64,000 bases of DNA from Chthoniobacterales bacterium (GTDB lineage: Bacteria; Verrucomicrobiota; Verrucomicrobiia; Chthoniobacterales; Chthoniobacteraceae), in NCBI GenBank assembly GCA_038207335.1, contig JBBQZX010000005.1, positions 162,439 to 226,438 on the forward strand, given 5' to 3'. The notes under the pieces were generated by a model, which was not told the origin of the DNA, made no database searches, and saw nothing but the letters and a program-made list of their open reading frames with translations. The translations under genes were made by a program, and so were the position numbers. Shown here one piece after another: positions 27,389 to 37,077 of this stretch. Numbering within the stretch: position 1 is the first letter of the stretch; each line of letters opens with the position of its first letter.

Positions 27389-30343
27389 ATGAAATCACTC
27401 CCGACATCTCCCATGAAAATGACACCCCGCAAAAACATTCAGCCGATCCTGATGGCGACCGCAGCCGTCCTGCTTGGCTTTTCAACCCAAAGCGCAAAAG
27501 GCCAGACGACCGGATGGAATCAAACCGGAGTGGGACCCTTCGACTACAACGACACGGCGAACTGGGTCGGTGGCATCATCAATGGGATATTCGATATGTC
27601 GGTGACGATTCCGAGCAGTCAGACGGTGACGTTTGGACAGGACACCGTGCTGACGACCGGCTTTGACTTCAGCTACACCGGCAGCTCCAATGAAGTCCTG
27701 CGCGGGACGGGCGGCGACTTCACACTCACACTGGGCGGAGACATTTTGCACAACACGGCCAGCACGACGCGGGTCATCAACTTTGGCAGCACCGCGGCGA
27801 ATCAAGCACTGGCGATCGACTTGGGCGGCGTGGCTCGCATCTTTACGGTGGGCAGCGGACGGTCGCTGGGTTTCCTCAATGGGATTGGAAACGGCAGCGT
27901 CATCACGAGCGGCGGCACGATCAACTTCTCGGGAAGCAATAGCTATGGCGGCGCGACCACAGTTGCCAGCGGCGTGCTGGCGCTCAACGGTGCAGTAGGG
28001 AGTTCGGCTAACTCGGATATTATGGTGCAGTCCGGCGGAAGCAGTACTTCCACGCTGCAGTTCAATAGCACCACGAACTTGAATACGGGAACTACGAGAG
28101 CCAAGAGTGTGACTCTCAATGGAGCAGGCTCTGGGACGAGTGCTTTCCTGACAGTCACTGGAAATGCGGGCGCGAACTCCGTGGAGACGATCACCAATGC
28201 GCTGCGAGCCTCCGCTGGCTATGCGACGGTCGGCGTGACTGCGCCTGCCACGCGCGCCGTGCGGCTCTCAGTGGGAAGCTTCGTGCGGGACGCAGGCGCG
28301 AGCTTGCTCTTCCGCGGGTCGAATCTAGGTCTCGATACCCTCGCCAATCAGACACCGAACTTCGCCAACATTCAGTTCGCGCAAGCTCCAGCTCTCAGTG
28401 GGAGTGGAGTCTCAGGTCAAGCTACTGTCGGAATTTTGAAAGGAGCTTACGGCGATGTGACTTCCGGTGGCGATGGAAAGGCGGGGGGTCTCGTGACTTA
28501 TGACTCCACCTATGGCGTCCGGCTACTTACCTCCGGCGAGTATGTGGGCGCGATCACGGACGGGCAGACGACGGCGAGCAATGTTCTTTTCACCCGCGCG
28601 TCTGGAGATGCTTCACAAGACATCACGCTGGCAAGCACCACGACAACACTCAACTCCTTGTCCTTCAAGATCACGGGTGCCGGGACTAACTCAGGCGTGA
28701 CGATTGCAGGAGCAGCCGGCACGACACTGAAGCTCAACAGCGGAACCATCTTTGCGAGCCAGCAAGTGACTACGGCGAATGCGACCGATGCGATGACGAT
28801 CAGTGTGCCGACGCTGGACCTCAATGGCGGTGAAGGCGTCGTCACGGTCTTCACCAATGGTGTGAGCAACGGCAACACTGCCGCGCCGCTCACCATCAGC
28901 AGTGTAATCGCGAATGACGGTGGAAAGGGAGTGACTTTCGGAGGAACGGGCGAGACGATCCTCACGGGATCGGAAGCCAATACTTATACCGGCACGACCA
29001 CGCTAAACAGCGGGATCCTTCGACTTAATAAGTCGGTCGTGAACATCGGTCTCACCACGGACCTGGTCATGAATGGTGGGACTCTTCTGAAGACTGGCAA
29101 CGCAATCGCAGACACAGCGAGCGTGACCATCAACGGCGGAACATTCACGTTCGATAGCACGACGAGCAGCGGAAACAATAACCACCCGGAGACCATCAAT
29201 AACTTCACGATGAATGGTGGCGGTGTCAGTAATCACGGGCTCAATGCGACCTTCACCATCAATGGAAATGCGACGCTCAATGCCGGGAACCTGATCATGA
29301 ACCAAGGCGGCGACGTGACTGTGCTGGGAGCGACGACGTTGAACGGCGGTGTCCTGACGGCAAAGGAGTCGAGCAGCACCACCGCATTCAATGGACTTAC
29401 GACATTGAACACCTTGAACATCTCCAACCAGGCAACTGGCGCCTACACTCCCCTCGTGCTGACGAGTCACGCGACGATGCTCGGCGCAAAGGTCACGCTC
29501 AACGGCGATGTGACTTTCACCGGGAATGCTACAAACTCGAATCCTACTTCGATCGCTTCCTCGAACTCTGCACTGACCAACCAAGGAAGCATCTACCTCG
29601 AAGGCACGCGCACTTTCACGATCGGTGATGGAGCGGCTGCGTCGGATTTGTTCATCGAACTTCCGCTGACCAATGGCGTGGCCGTAGGTGGTCTTGCAAA
29701 GGCGGGACTGGGAACGCTGGAACTGGGCGGCGCGAACACTTTCACCGGGCCTGCGAATGTGGGCGCGGGGACGCTGGTGATCAGCGGGAGCATCAGCGGC
29801 GCGGCTTCGGTGGGTGTGGCAGCGGGTGCGACGTTGGCGAGTGATGCGGCGGCGAGCGTCGGCACTGCGGCGACGGGAAATATCTCGGTCGGCGGCACGC
29901 TGTCGCCCGGTGGCAATGGCGCGAATGGCGCGCTGACGCTGTCTCCGGGAACGGGCGGAAAGCTGGACTTTGCCGCGGGCTCGAAGCTGCGCCTCGACTT
30001 GCAACTGGCGCCCGCGAACTCCGACATCGTGACTTTCACCGGGACGGATGACTGGCTCTCCGGCAGCGGCTTCGCGACGCTCACGCTCGGCGGCGCGATC
30101 GACTACACGGCGACCTACACGGTCTTTCAAAATGTGAGCACGCCGGGCTTCACGTTCGCGGCGATCACGGGCTTCAACTCGGCGGCTTACACCGCGAATT
30201 TCGCGCAGTCGGGCAGCGACTATCAGTTGTCGTTCGTGCCGGTGCCGGAGCCGGCGACAGGCGCGCTGCTGCTCGGCGGGTTCGGCTTGCTCGCGGGTTT
30301 GCGGAGAAGGCGTGACCGCCACGCGGGACTGCGCGATTCTTGA
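27389..30343 (+). CDS. PEP-CTERM surface protein with autotransporter-associated beta-strand repeats
   Basis: NSYGGATTV, NTYTGTTTL and NTFTGPANV repeats; VPEPATG-TM-RRRR C-terminus; true start may be 27413 or 27419. Confidence 0.92.
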   Translation: MKSLPTSPMKMTPRKNIQPILMATAAVLLGFSTQSAKGQTTGWNQTGVGPFDYNDTANWVGGIINGIFDMSVTIPSSQTVTFGQDTVLTTGFDFSYTGSSNEVLRGTGGDFTLTLGGDILHNTASTTRVINFGSTAANQALAIDLGGVARIFTVGSGRSLGFLNGIGNGSVITSGGTINFSGSNSYGGATTVASGVLALNGAVGSSANSDIMVQSGGSSTSTLQFNSTTNLNTGTTRAKSVTLNGAGSGTSAFLTVTGNAGANSVETITNALRASAGYATVGVTAPATRAVRLSVGSFVRDAGASLLFRGSNLGLDTLANQTPNFANIQFAQAPALSGSGVSGQATVGILKGAYGDVTSGGDGKAGGLVTYDSTYGVRLLTSGEYVGAITDGQTTASNVLFTRASGDASQDITLASTTTTLNSLSFKITGAGTNSGVTIAGAAGTTLKLNSGTIFASQQVTTANATDAMTISVPTLDLNGGEGVVTVFTNGVSNGNTAAPLTISSVIANDGGKGVTFGGTGETILTGSEANTYTGTTTLNSGILRLNKSVVNIGLTTDLVMNGGTLLKTGNAIADTASVTINGGTFTFDSTTSSGNNNHPETINNFTMNGGGVSNHGLNATFTINGNATLNAGNLIMNQGGDVTVLGATTLNGGVLTAKESSSTTAFNGLTTLNTLNISNQATGAYTPLVLTSHATMLGAKVTLNGDVTFTGNATNSNPTSIASSNSALTNQGSIYLEGTRTFTIGDGAAASDLFIELPLTNGVAVGGLAKAGLGTLELGGANTFTGPANVGAGTLVISGSISGAASVGVAAGATLASDAAASVGTAATGNISVGGTLSPGGNGANGALTLSPGTGGKLDFAAGSKLRLDLQLAPANSDIVTFTGTDDWLSGSGFATLTLGGAIDYTATYTVFQNVSTPGFTFAAITGFNSAAYTANFAQSGSDYQLSFVPVPEPATGALLLGGFGLLAGLRRRRDRHAGLRDS

Positions 30344-30346
30344 GCC

Positions 30347-32563
30347 ATGATCTCGCGAATCTTCCCCCTGCTTTGCTGCGTCGTTCTCGCGCTTGGTGGC
30401 CGCGTCTTCGCGGCGGAGGCGGCGGGGGTGCTGGTGCCGAATGGGAGCTTTGAAGCCGACGCCGATGGCGATGGGTGGCCGGATGGCTGGGGGCGCGTGA
30501 AGGCCGGTGGGACTTGGGAAGCCGAGGACGGCAATCATTTCATCCGGCTCAAATCGAGCGAGCCGGGGCAGATGGTGATGCTGTATCAGCAGGTGCGAAT
30601 CGCGGGGACGGTGAAGGCAATCGAGCTGAGCTGGAGGCAGCGCGTGAGTCAGCTCAAGCGCGGGAAGCAGTCGTGGTTCGACGCGCGGATCATGATGGAT
30701 TTCAAGGACGCGGCGGGGACGAAGCTAAAGGGTCCGTCTGCGCCGGCGACGGGCAAGGACACGGACGGGTGGGTGGAGCGCAGCGCGAAGTTCCTCGTGC
30801 CGGAAGGCGCGGCGACGCTGGACTTCATGCCGGTGCTTTTCAATGTCGAGAGCGGCACGTTTGACTTTGACGACGTGATCTTAAAGGCGACCGATCCCGA
30901 GCCGCTGAAAGCCGCGGCGGATGCAAAGTCGGCGGCGGATGCCGAGAAGCTCGCGAAGAAGGCCGCTGCCTCGCAGAGCAAGGCTGCTGCTGCATTCGCG
31001 GCGGCGGGGTCGCTGATCTCCAATGGCGATTTCGAGGCGGACAAGAAGGGCGCGGAATGGCCGGACGACTGGGGCCGGCTGAAGCTCGGCGGCTCGTGGG
31101 AGCAGGAGAAAGGCAACCACTTTCTCCGCCTCAGCGCATCGGCTCCGGGGCAGACGATCCTCATGTATCGCACGATCCCGCTGACGGATGCGAAGGCGCT
31201 GGAGCTGAGCTGGCGGCAGCGCGTGACGGACCTGAAAGTCGGCAAGGAGCCTTACTTCGACGCGCGGCTGATGATGGATTTTCTCGACGCCGCGGGGCAC
31301 AAGCTGAAGGGCGCGCCGGGTGCGCCGAATGCGCGCAAGAGCACAGACGGCTGGATGGAGCGGAAGATCGAGTTTCTCGTGCCCGAGGGAGCGGTCGCGC
31401 TGCAGTTCATGCCCGCGCTTTTTCAGGTGGAAAAGGGGACGTTCGATCTCGATGACATCGCGCTGCGGCCCATCGCGGCGGAGGCGCTGCTGGCGAAGAT
31501 GAAAGTGGCGGACGCCGAGAAAAAAGCGTCCGAAGTGCCCGCGGAGGAGCCGATGCGCGACAAGTGGCCGCAGGAGTTGCATGTGGCCGGGAATCAAGTC
31601 CTGCGCGCGGATGGGAAGCCGTTCTGGCTGCAGGGCGTGAACGTCGTGAGCCTCGAGTGGTCGGTCGCGGGCGAGCAGGTGATGAAGGCGACGAAGGTCG
31701 CGATCGAGGAGTGGAAGGCGAACATCATCCGGCTGCCGGTGAAGGAGGAATACTGGAACGGCGGCGGCGCGAAGGACGGCGGCGCTGGGTATCGGAAACT
31801 CGTCGATGACGTCGTGACGATCGCCGCCAATCGCGGCGCGTATCTCCTGCTCGACCTGCATCGTTTCAAGGCCCCGACGCAGGCGCACGCGGACTTTTGG
31901 AAAGATGCCGCCGAGCATTTCAAGAACCACCCCGCCGTGCTTTTCGACCTCTTCAATGAGCCGCACGGGACGACCTGGGACGTGTGGCGCGACGGCGGAT
32001 TCGTGGGGGAGAAGGCGAAGCCGGGCGACGAGGCGAATTTCACGACGGCGGAGGAGAAGGCGAAGGCGAAGCACGGCTTCCAGTCGGTCGGGATGCAGGC
32101 GCTGCTCGATGCGGTGCGCGGCACCGGCGCGAAGAATGTCGTGCTCGTGGGCGGGCTCGACTACGCCTACGACCTTTCGGGGATTGCGAACGGATACGTG
32201 CTCAATGACCGCGGCGGCAACGGCATCATCCTCTCGACGCACATCTACCCGTGGAAGAAAGGCTGGCAGGAGAAGGTGCTCGTGGTCGCGGACAAGTATC
32301 CCATCCTCGTCGGCGAAGTCGGCGCGGGCGCGCAAAAGATGACGTGGCTCCCCGCCGAGGTGCAGGAGGACGCCGCGACTTGGGTGCCTGAGATGCTCGG
32401 CTTCATTCAGAAATATCATCTCCACTGGACGGCCTTCGCCTTTCACCCAAAGGCCGGCCCCGCGATGCTCGAGGACTGGAGCTACAAGCCGAACGCCGCG
32501 TGGGGCGTCTTTGCGAAGCGCGCCCTGGCCGGGGAGAAGTTCCCGCTCACGCGCCTGCGGTAG
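30347..32563 (+). CDS. Secreted GH5 glycoside hydrolase with two tandem CBM-like N-terminal domains
   Basis: Two NG(S/D)FEAD...FD.DD repeats; IIRLP, LDLH, DLFNEP, HIYP and VGEVG GH5 motifs. Confidence 0.9.
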   Translation: MISRIFPLLCCVVLALGGRVFAAEAAGVLVPNGSFEADADGDGWPDGWGRVKAGGTWEAEDGNHFIRLKSSEPGQMVMLYQQVRIAGTVKAIELSWRQRVSQLKRGKQSWFDARIMMDFKDAAGTKLKGPSAPATGKDTDGWVERSAKFLVPEGAATLDFMPVLFNVESGTFDFDDVILKATDPEPLKAAADAKSAADAEKLAKKAAASQSKAAAAFAAAGSLISNGDFEADKKGAEWPDDWGRLKLGGSWEQEKGNHFLRLSASAPGQTILMYRTIPLTDAKALELSWRQRVTDLKVGKEPYFDARLMMDFLDAAGHKLKGAPGAPNARKSTDGWMERKIEFLVPEGAVALQFMPALFQVEKGTFDLDDIALRPIAAEALLAKMKVADAEKKASEVPAEEPMRDKWPQELHVAGNQVLRADGKPFWLQGVNVVSLEWSVAGEQVMKATKVAIEEWKANIIRLPVKEEYWNGGGAKDGGAGYRKLVDDVVTIAANRGAYLLLDLHRFKAPTQAHADFWKDAAEHFKNHPAVLFDLFNEPHGTTWDVWRDGGFVGEKAKPGDEANFTTAEEKAKAKHGFQSVGMQALLDAVRGTGAKNVVLVGGLDYAYDLSGIANGYVLNDRGGNGIILSTHIYPWKKGWQEKVLVVADKYPILVGEVGAGAQKMTWLPAEVQEDAATWVPEMLGFIQKYHLHWTAFAFHPKAGPAMLEDWSYKPNAAWGVFAKRALAGEKFPLTRLR

Positions 32564-32615
32564 GCGGCTCTCGGAGGGAGAGCATACAGTGAGGAAAAGA
32601 TCGCCAGTGGTTGCA

Positions 32616-32734
32616 AACGCCAACGGCGTTTCATCGTCCAGCCCGGGGTTTGAGGCGTCCTGTGCGCGACACCCGGGGTAGGGGCTCCTGCGTCGCCCTA
32701 ACCCCGGGCTGAATGATGGGACGCCGTTGGCGTT
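32616..32734. repeat. Palindromic element of the same family as 22851-23067
   Basis: AACGCCAACGGCGT...CAGCCCGGGGTT / AACCCCGGGCTG...ACGCCGTTGGCGTT. Confidence 0.85.
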
Positions 32735-32808
32735 CTCATGCGACTCTCGAAACAGTCTTTAAGATTGTGCGGGCTGTGCGCATTCTCACCGCTGCCACGC
32801 CTCCTGCC

Positions 32809-33078
32809 ATGACCAAGCAACAGACCCTCGACCTCTACTTCATGGATGCCCGCTCGAAGCTCATCGACATCGCGGCCTTCCTCGACCGCGTCGCCCGCAG
32901 CGGCGGCGAGCCCGATTTCCGCCTCGCGGCCTTCCGCACCGCGCTCGATGTCGTGCAGTCCGACGCGGGGGAAAAGGCGAAAGCCGTCCTGATGTCCTTG
33001 AGCGACCCGACGACTGAGCCGCTCGCAGCCGCGCCGGGCAAAGGCGCAGCGGGCGCGTGGCCCGGCCTCAACGCCTGA
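32809..33078 (+). CDS. Small hypothetical protein upstream of the TatD-like hydrolase
   Basis: [28 protein letters not shown]...LSDPT; host-like codons; 14 nt before the next ATG. Confidence 0.75.
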   Translation: MTKQQTLDLYFMDARSKLIDIAAFLDRVARSGGEPDFRLAAFRTALDVVQSDAGEKAKAVLMSLSDPTTEPLAAAPGKGAAGAWPGLNA

Positions 33079-33092
33079 CTTTCCACATCCCC

Positions 33093-33899
33093 ATGCGCTA
33101 CATCGAACCCCACGGCCACATGGTCAGCCGCACCACCGACGACTACGAAGCCATGGTCACCGCCGGGTGCGCGGCGGTGTGCGAGCCCGCTTTCTGGGCC
33201 GGCTTCGACCGCAGCGGGCCGCAGGGATTCTACGATTACTTCTGCCAGCTCACCGACTATGAGCCAAAGCGCGCCGCCCGTTTCGGCCTCCCGCACTTCT
33301 GCTGGCTGTGCATCAATCCCAAGGAAAGCGAGGACATGACCCTCGCCGGAGAGGTGCTCGATCTCATCCCTGGCTTCCTGCCGAGCGAGAATGTCCTCGG
33401 CATCGGCGAGATCGGCCTGAACAAAAACACCCGCAACGAGATCGCCATCCTCGAGCGCCACATCGACCTCGCCGCGCGGCACGACCAGCTCATCCTCGTC
33501 CACACCCCGCACCTCGAGGACAAATTCAAGGGCACCCGCCTCATCCTCGATGCCCTCCGCGCCGACTCCCGCATCCGCCCCGGGCGCGTCATCATCGACC
33601 ACACCGAGGAGCACACCATCGAGATGGTCCTCGACGCGGGCTTCTGGGCCGGCATCACCCTCTACCCCGAGTCGAAGACCACCCCCGCGCGCGCCGTCGA
33701 TCTCTTCGAGCTCTACGGCCGGCAGGACATCTGGCTGAACAGCGCCTGCGACTGGGGCCGCAGCGACCCGCTCGCCGTCCCGCGCACCGCGCTGGAGATG
33801 CGCCGCCGCGGCCACAGCGCTGAGACCATCGACAGGCTCATCTTTGAAAATCCCGCACGCTTCATGCGTCAGAACCCGCGGTTCAATATCGGCGGGTAA
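33093..33899 (+). CDS. TatD-family metal-dependent hydrolase (EboB-like)
   Basis: EPHGH, GEIGL, VHTPH, IDH and NSACDWG motifs. Confidence 0.88.
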   Translation: MRYIEPHGHMVSRTTDDYEAMVTAGCAAVCEPAFWAGFDRSGPQGFYDYFCQLTDYEPKRAARFGLPHFCWLCINPKESEDMTLAGEVLDLIPGFLPSENVLGIGEIGLNKNTRNEIAILERHIDLAARHDQLILVHTPHLEDKFKGTRLILDALRADSRIRPGRVIIDHTEEHTIEMVLDAGFWAGITLYPESKTTPARAVDLFELYGRQDIWLNSACDWGRSDPLAVPRTALEMRRRGHSAETIDRLIFENPARFMRQNPRFNIGG

Positions 33900-34018
33900 A
33901 CGGAGTTTCACAGTCGCCCGGTCAGCACTGGCACCTGCCGAGAACGCCAACAGCCAGCACTGTCGGGAACGATCTTCAGGGTTCGACGTTTTGGGGGTTT
34001 CGGTTCAGGATCGGGGCT

Positions 34019-37015
34019 ATGAAAATTGCGGCGTGCCTTCTTTTCTTTGCGTGTGTCGGGCAGGCGGTGGGGCAATTCAAGGATGCCTCGCCGACGGGGG
34101 AGGCGCCGGGGATGTGGCAGTGCGCGACGATCGGCGTGGGGAAGAAGGCGGACGGCTCGCCGGTGACGACGGCGCTGAAGGGGCTGGCGATCCGCGTAGG
34201 GGAGCACGGGGAGGCGGCAGTGTGCTACGACCTGGACCTGTGCCGGATGGCGGGGGCGTGGACGGGGAAATTCATCACGCCCGTGAATCTGATGTCGCGC
34301 GGGGAATACCCGGTGGCGATGGGGGAGGTGGCGTTCACGACGGGGGAAGTGCCGGGGTTTCAGGCAAACGCAGAGCCCGCGCTCCCCGACGGAAGCGCTG
34401 CGCTCCCCAACGACGCGGCTGTGCTCCCCAACTCAGGGTCTGTGCTCCCCAACGGAACGCCTGAGCTCCCCAACGGAACGCCTGAGCTCCCCAACGGCGG
34501 CGCTGCGCTCCCCAACACAGCAGCTGTGCTCCCCAACACAGCGGCTGTGCTCCCCGACAGAGGGGCTGTGTCACCCAACAGAGAGGCTGTGTCACCCGAC
34601 AAAGGCTCCTTGTCACCCGACAAAAGGCCTGTTTTTGGCGCTGATTCCTCTCTGAAAAGCCCCGCAGGCACAGAGAAAACCGCCGATTGGACCGATCCGC
34701 GCCCGGAGCCCTACGGCCCGCTGCCCGCAGGGGGGCCGAAGTTCAAGGGGTTCTACGTGAACGGGGAGCAGGTGATCTTAAAGTGGGACGTGGCCGGGAC
34801 GGAGGTGCTGGAGGCTCCGAGGTATCAGCAGGAGACTGGCTTTTTCTACAGGACCTTCACCGTGGCACCGACAGAGCAGTCACAGATGCTGACGATTGCG
34901 GCGTTCGACTCGCTTTCATCGACAGCCTTCGTTCCAAGGCAGACAGGTGACCATAGCAAGGCGGGGCCACCAGGTAAGACCCGATCGTTCCAAGTCTTTC
35001 AAACTGGATCGGGGGAGCAAAAGATGGCGGCGGAGGTTTTCGGCGAACCCGAAGGGACGGTTTGGCAGAAGCAGTATGAGCAACTCTGCTTGGTGCTCCC
35101 GCCTCATCCGACCGCGATTACTTTCATGGTGGTGGTCTTTACATCGAGCGATTTCAGCGGAATCAAGACTAGGGGGCCGCTGCGCTGGCTTCAGAATTAC
35201 GCAGAGACGGGGACGCTCGCACCTGACTTACACAGTTTAATCAAAGGCGGACCGGCGCACTGGCCGGAGCCGGTGGTCGCGGACGTGGCGGCGGCGAATC
35301 AGTATGCCGGAATGATCGACATGCCGCCGACGAGGGGCGTCGCTTACGTGGTGGAGAATGTGCCGCTGCCGGACCCGAATCCCTACGGCGCGCCGATGTT
35401 TGTGGGCGGGTTCGACTTTTTCCCCGATGGACGCGTGGCGATTTGCACCTTTCACGGGGATGTGTGGATCGGGAGCGGGGTGTCCCTCCCGGGTAGGGTG
35501 GGCATCCTGCCCGCCGGTTCGGGCATCCTGCCCGAACGATCTCCCAAGGATCACGAGGATCAAACCCGCCCGGGAAGTGCGTCGGGGCAGGATGCCCCGA
35601 CCGGCGGGCAGGATGCCCACCCTACCCGGGAGGAGAAAGCAAACGCCGAACGCCGAACGCCGAACGCCGAACCTCGAAGTGGGGAGGCGGACGCGGGTGC
35701 TCTTCAATCAGCAATCAGCAATCAGCCTTCAACTATCCGCTGGCGGCGCTTCGCGACGGGGCTGTATCACGCGCTGGGGCTGAAGGTGGTGAACGGGGAG
35801 ATTTATGTGACGGGGCGGGATGGGATCACGCGGCTGCGCGATCTCAATGGGGATGGGGAGGCGGATTTTTACGAGGCGTTCAATCATGACGTGATGGTGA
35901 CGAAGAGTTTTCACGAGTTCGTTTTTGATCTGCAGACGGACCCGGAGGGGAATTTCTACTTTGCCAAGGCGGGGCCGGTGAAGAATGGGGGACGCGGTTT
36001 TGATACGATCTGCCGCGATCACGGGACGCTGATGCGCGTGTCGCCGGATGGGCGGGAGCTGACGACGGTGGCGACGGGTTTTCGCGCGCCGAATGGGCTG
36101 GGCGCGGGGCCGCGCGGGGAGTTGACGACGGGGGACAACGAGGGGACGTGGACGCCGGCGTGCAAGATCAACTGGGTGAAGCCGGGGGGCTTTTACGGGG
36201 TGGTGCCGCTGGCGCATCGCGAGGCGCCGCCGACGGAGTACGACGGGCCGCTGTGCTGGCTGCCGAAGCGGGCGGATAACTCGGGGGGCGCGCAGGTGTG
36301 GGCGCCGCCGGGGGAGCGATGGGGGCCGTGGGGCGGGCAGATGCTGCATCTGAGCTACGGGACGTGCTCGCTTTTCGGCGTGATGGAGGAGGAGGCGACG
36401 GATTTCGCGAAGCCGGACTGCTGCGACCGCGTGATGCAGGGGGGCGTGGTGCGGTTTCCGTTGCAGTTTGCGAGCGGGGTGATGCGCGCGCGGTTCAATC
36501 CGGTGGATGGGCAGCTCTACGTGGCCGGCCTGCGCGGGTGGCAGACGACGGGGCTGAAAAACGGGTGTCTGCAGCGCGTGCGCTACACGGGCGCGCCAGC
36601 GGGGATGCCGGTGGCGCTGCACGTGCGAAATGATGGGATCGAGCTGACGTTCGCGGAGCCGCTGGATACGCAGGCGGCGGCGGATGTGGAGAATTACGCG
36701 GTGGAGGCGTGGAATTATGTGTGGAGCGCGGCGTACGGTTCGCCGGAGGTCTCGACGCGCGCGCCCGCCGCGACGCCGGGCGAGGCGGGGAAGGACGGGG
36801 AGGCGGAGTTTAGCAAGGCGCAGATGGGCGTGTCCGCGCACGACACGGTGGCAGTGAAGTCGGTGTCGATCTCAACGGACGAGCGCACGATTTTCCTCGC
36901 GATCCCGGAGCTGAAGCCGGTGATGCAGATGTCGATCAAATACAACATCAAGGCCGCCGACGGCGCGCCGGTGAAAGGCGAGGTGCTCAACACGATCCAC
37001 GGCTTCGCGGATTAG
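34019..37015 (+). CDS. Large secreted PVC-type protein (DUF6797-like N-terminus plus glucose/sorbosone-dehydrogenase-like propeller) with in-frame repeat insertions
   Basis: Signal peptide; YDLDLCRMAGAWTG, DLNGDGEADFYE, ATGFRAPNG and DNEGTW motifs; no CxxCH. Confidence 0.8.
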   Translation: MKIAACLLFFACVGQAVGQFKDASPTGEAPGMWQCATIGVGKKADGSPVTTALKGLAIRVGEHGEAAVCYDLDLCRMAGAWTGKFITPVNLMSRGEYPVAMGEVAFTTGEVPGFQANAEPALPDGSAALPNDAAVLPNSGSVLPNGTPELPNGTPELPNGGAALPNTAAVLPNTAAVLPDRGAVSPNREAVSPDKGSLSPDKRPVFGADSSLKSPAGTEKTADWTDPRPEPYGPLPAGGPKFKGFYVNGEQVILKWDVAGTEVLEAPRYQQETGFFYRTFTVAPTEQSQMLTIAAFDSLSSTAFVPRQTGDHSKAGPPGKTRSFQVFQTGSGEQKMAAEVFGEPEGTVWQKQYEQLCLVLPPHPTAITFMVVVFTSSDFSGIKTRGPLRWLQNYAETGTLAPDLHSLIKGGPAHWPEPVVADVAAANQYAGMIDMPPTRGVAYVVENVPLPDPNPYGAPMFVGGFDFFPDGRVAICTFHGDVWIGSGVSLPGRVGILPAGSGILPERSPKDHEDQTRPGSASGQDAPTGGQDAHPTREEKANAERRTPNAEPRSGEADAGALQSAISNQPSTIRWRRFATGLYHALGLKVVNGEIYVTGRDGITRLRDLNGDGEADFYEAFNHDVMVTKSFHEFVFDLQTDPEGNFYFAKAGPVKNGGRGFDTICRDHGTLMRVSPDGRELTTVATGFRAPNGLGAGPRGELTTGDNEGTWTPACKINWVKPGGFYGVVPLAHREAPPTEYDGPLCWLPKRADNSGGAQVWAPPGERWGPWGGQMLHLSYGTCSLFGVMEEEATDFAKPDCCDRVMQGGVVRFPLQFASGVMRARFNPVDGQLYVAGLRGWQTTGLKNGCLQRVRYTGAPAGMPVALHVRNDGIELTFAEPLDTQAAADVENYAVEAWNYVWSAAYGSPEVSTRAPAATPGEAGKDGEAEFSKAQMGVSAHDTVAVKSVSISTDERTIFLAIPELKPVMQMSIKYNIKAADGAPVKGEVLNTIHGFAD
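34376..34627 (+). repeat. 12 x 21-bp intragenic tandem repeat (AVLPNxx)
   Basis: Units such as GCTGTGCTCCCCAACACAGCA, drifting to GCTGTGTCACCCGACAAAGGC. Confidence 0.95.
35485..35633. repeat. Intragenic REP-like long inverted repeat
   Basis: CCTCCCGGGTAGGGTGGGCATCCTGCCCGCCGG ... CCGGCGGGCAGGATGCCCACCCTACCCGGGAGG. Confidence 0.92.
35642..35726 (+). repeat. Intragenic heptamer arrays (AACGCCG)4 and (AATCAGC)3
   Basis: Direct reading: 35642-35669 and 35706-35726. Confidence 0.92.
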
Positions 37016-37077
37016 CGGTGCGAAAAGAGACGCGCGGGCGAGTTGCCCACCGGCCCGGAACCAGCTACCTAAGCGGG

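Noticed and set aside
32809..33899. Complete ebo operon
   Set aside because: Only the EboB-like hydrolase is present; no UbiA, DHQ synthase-like or EboE genes nearby.
34376..34627. CRISPR array or DGR variable region
   Set aside because: Spacerless in-frame 21-bp units; no cas gene, reverse transcriptase or template repeat seen.
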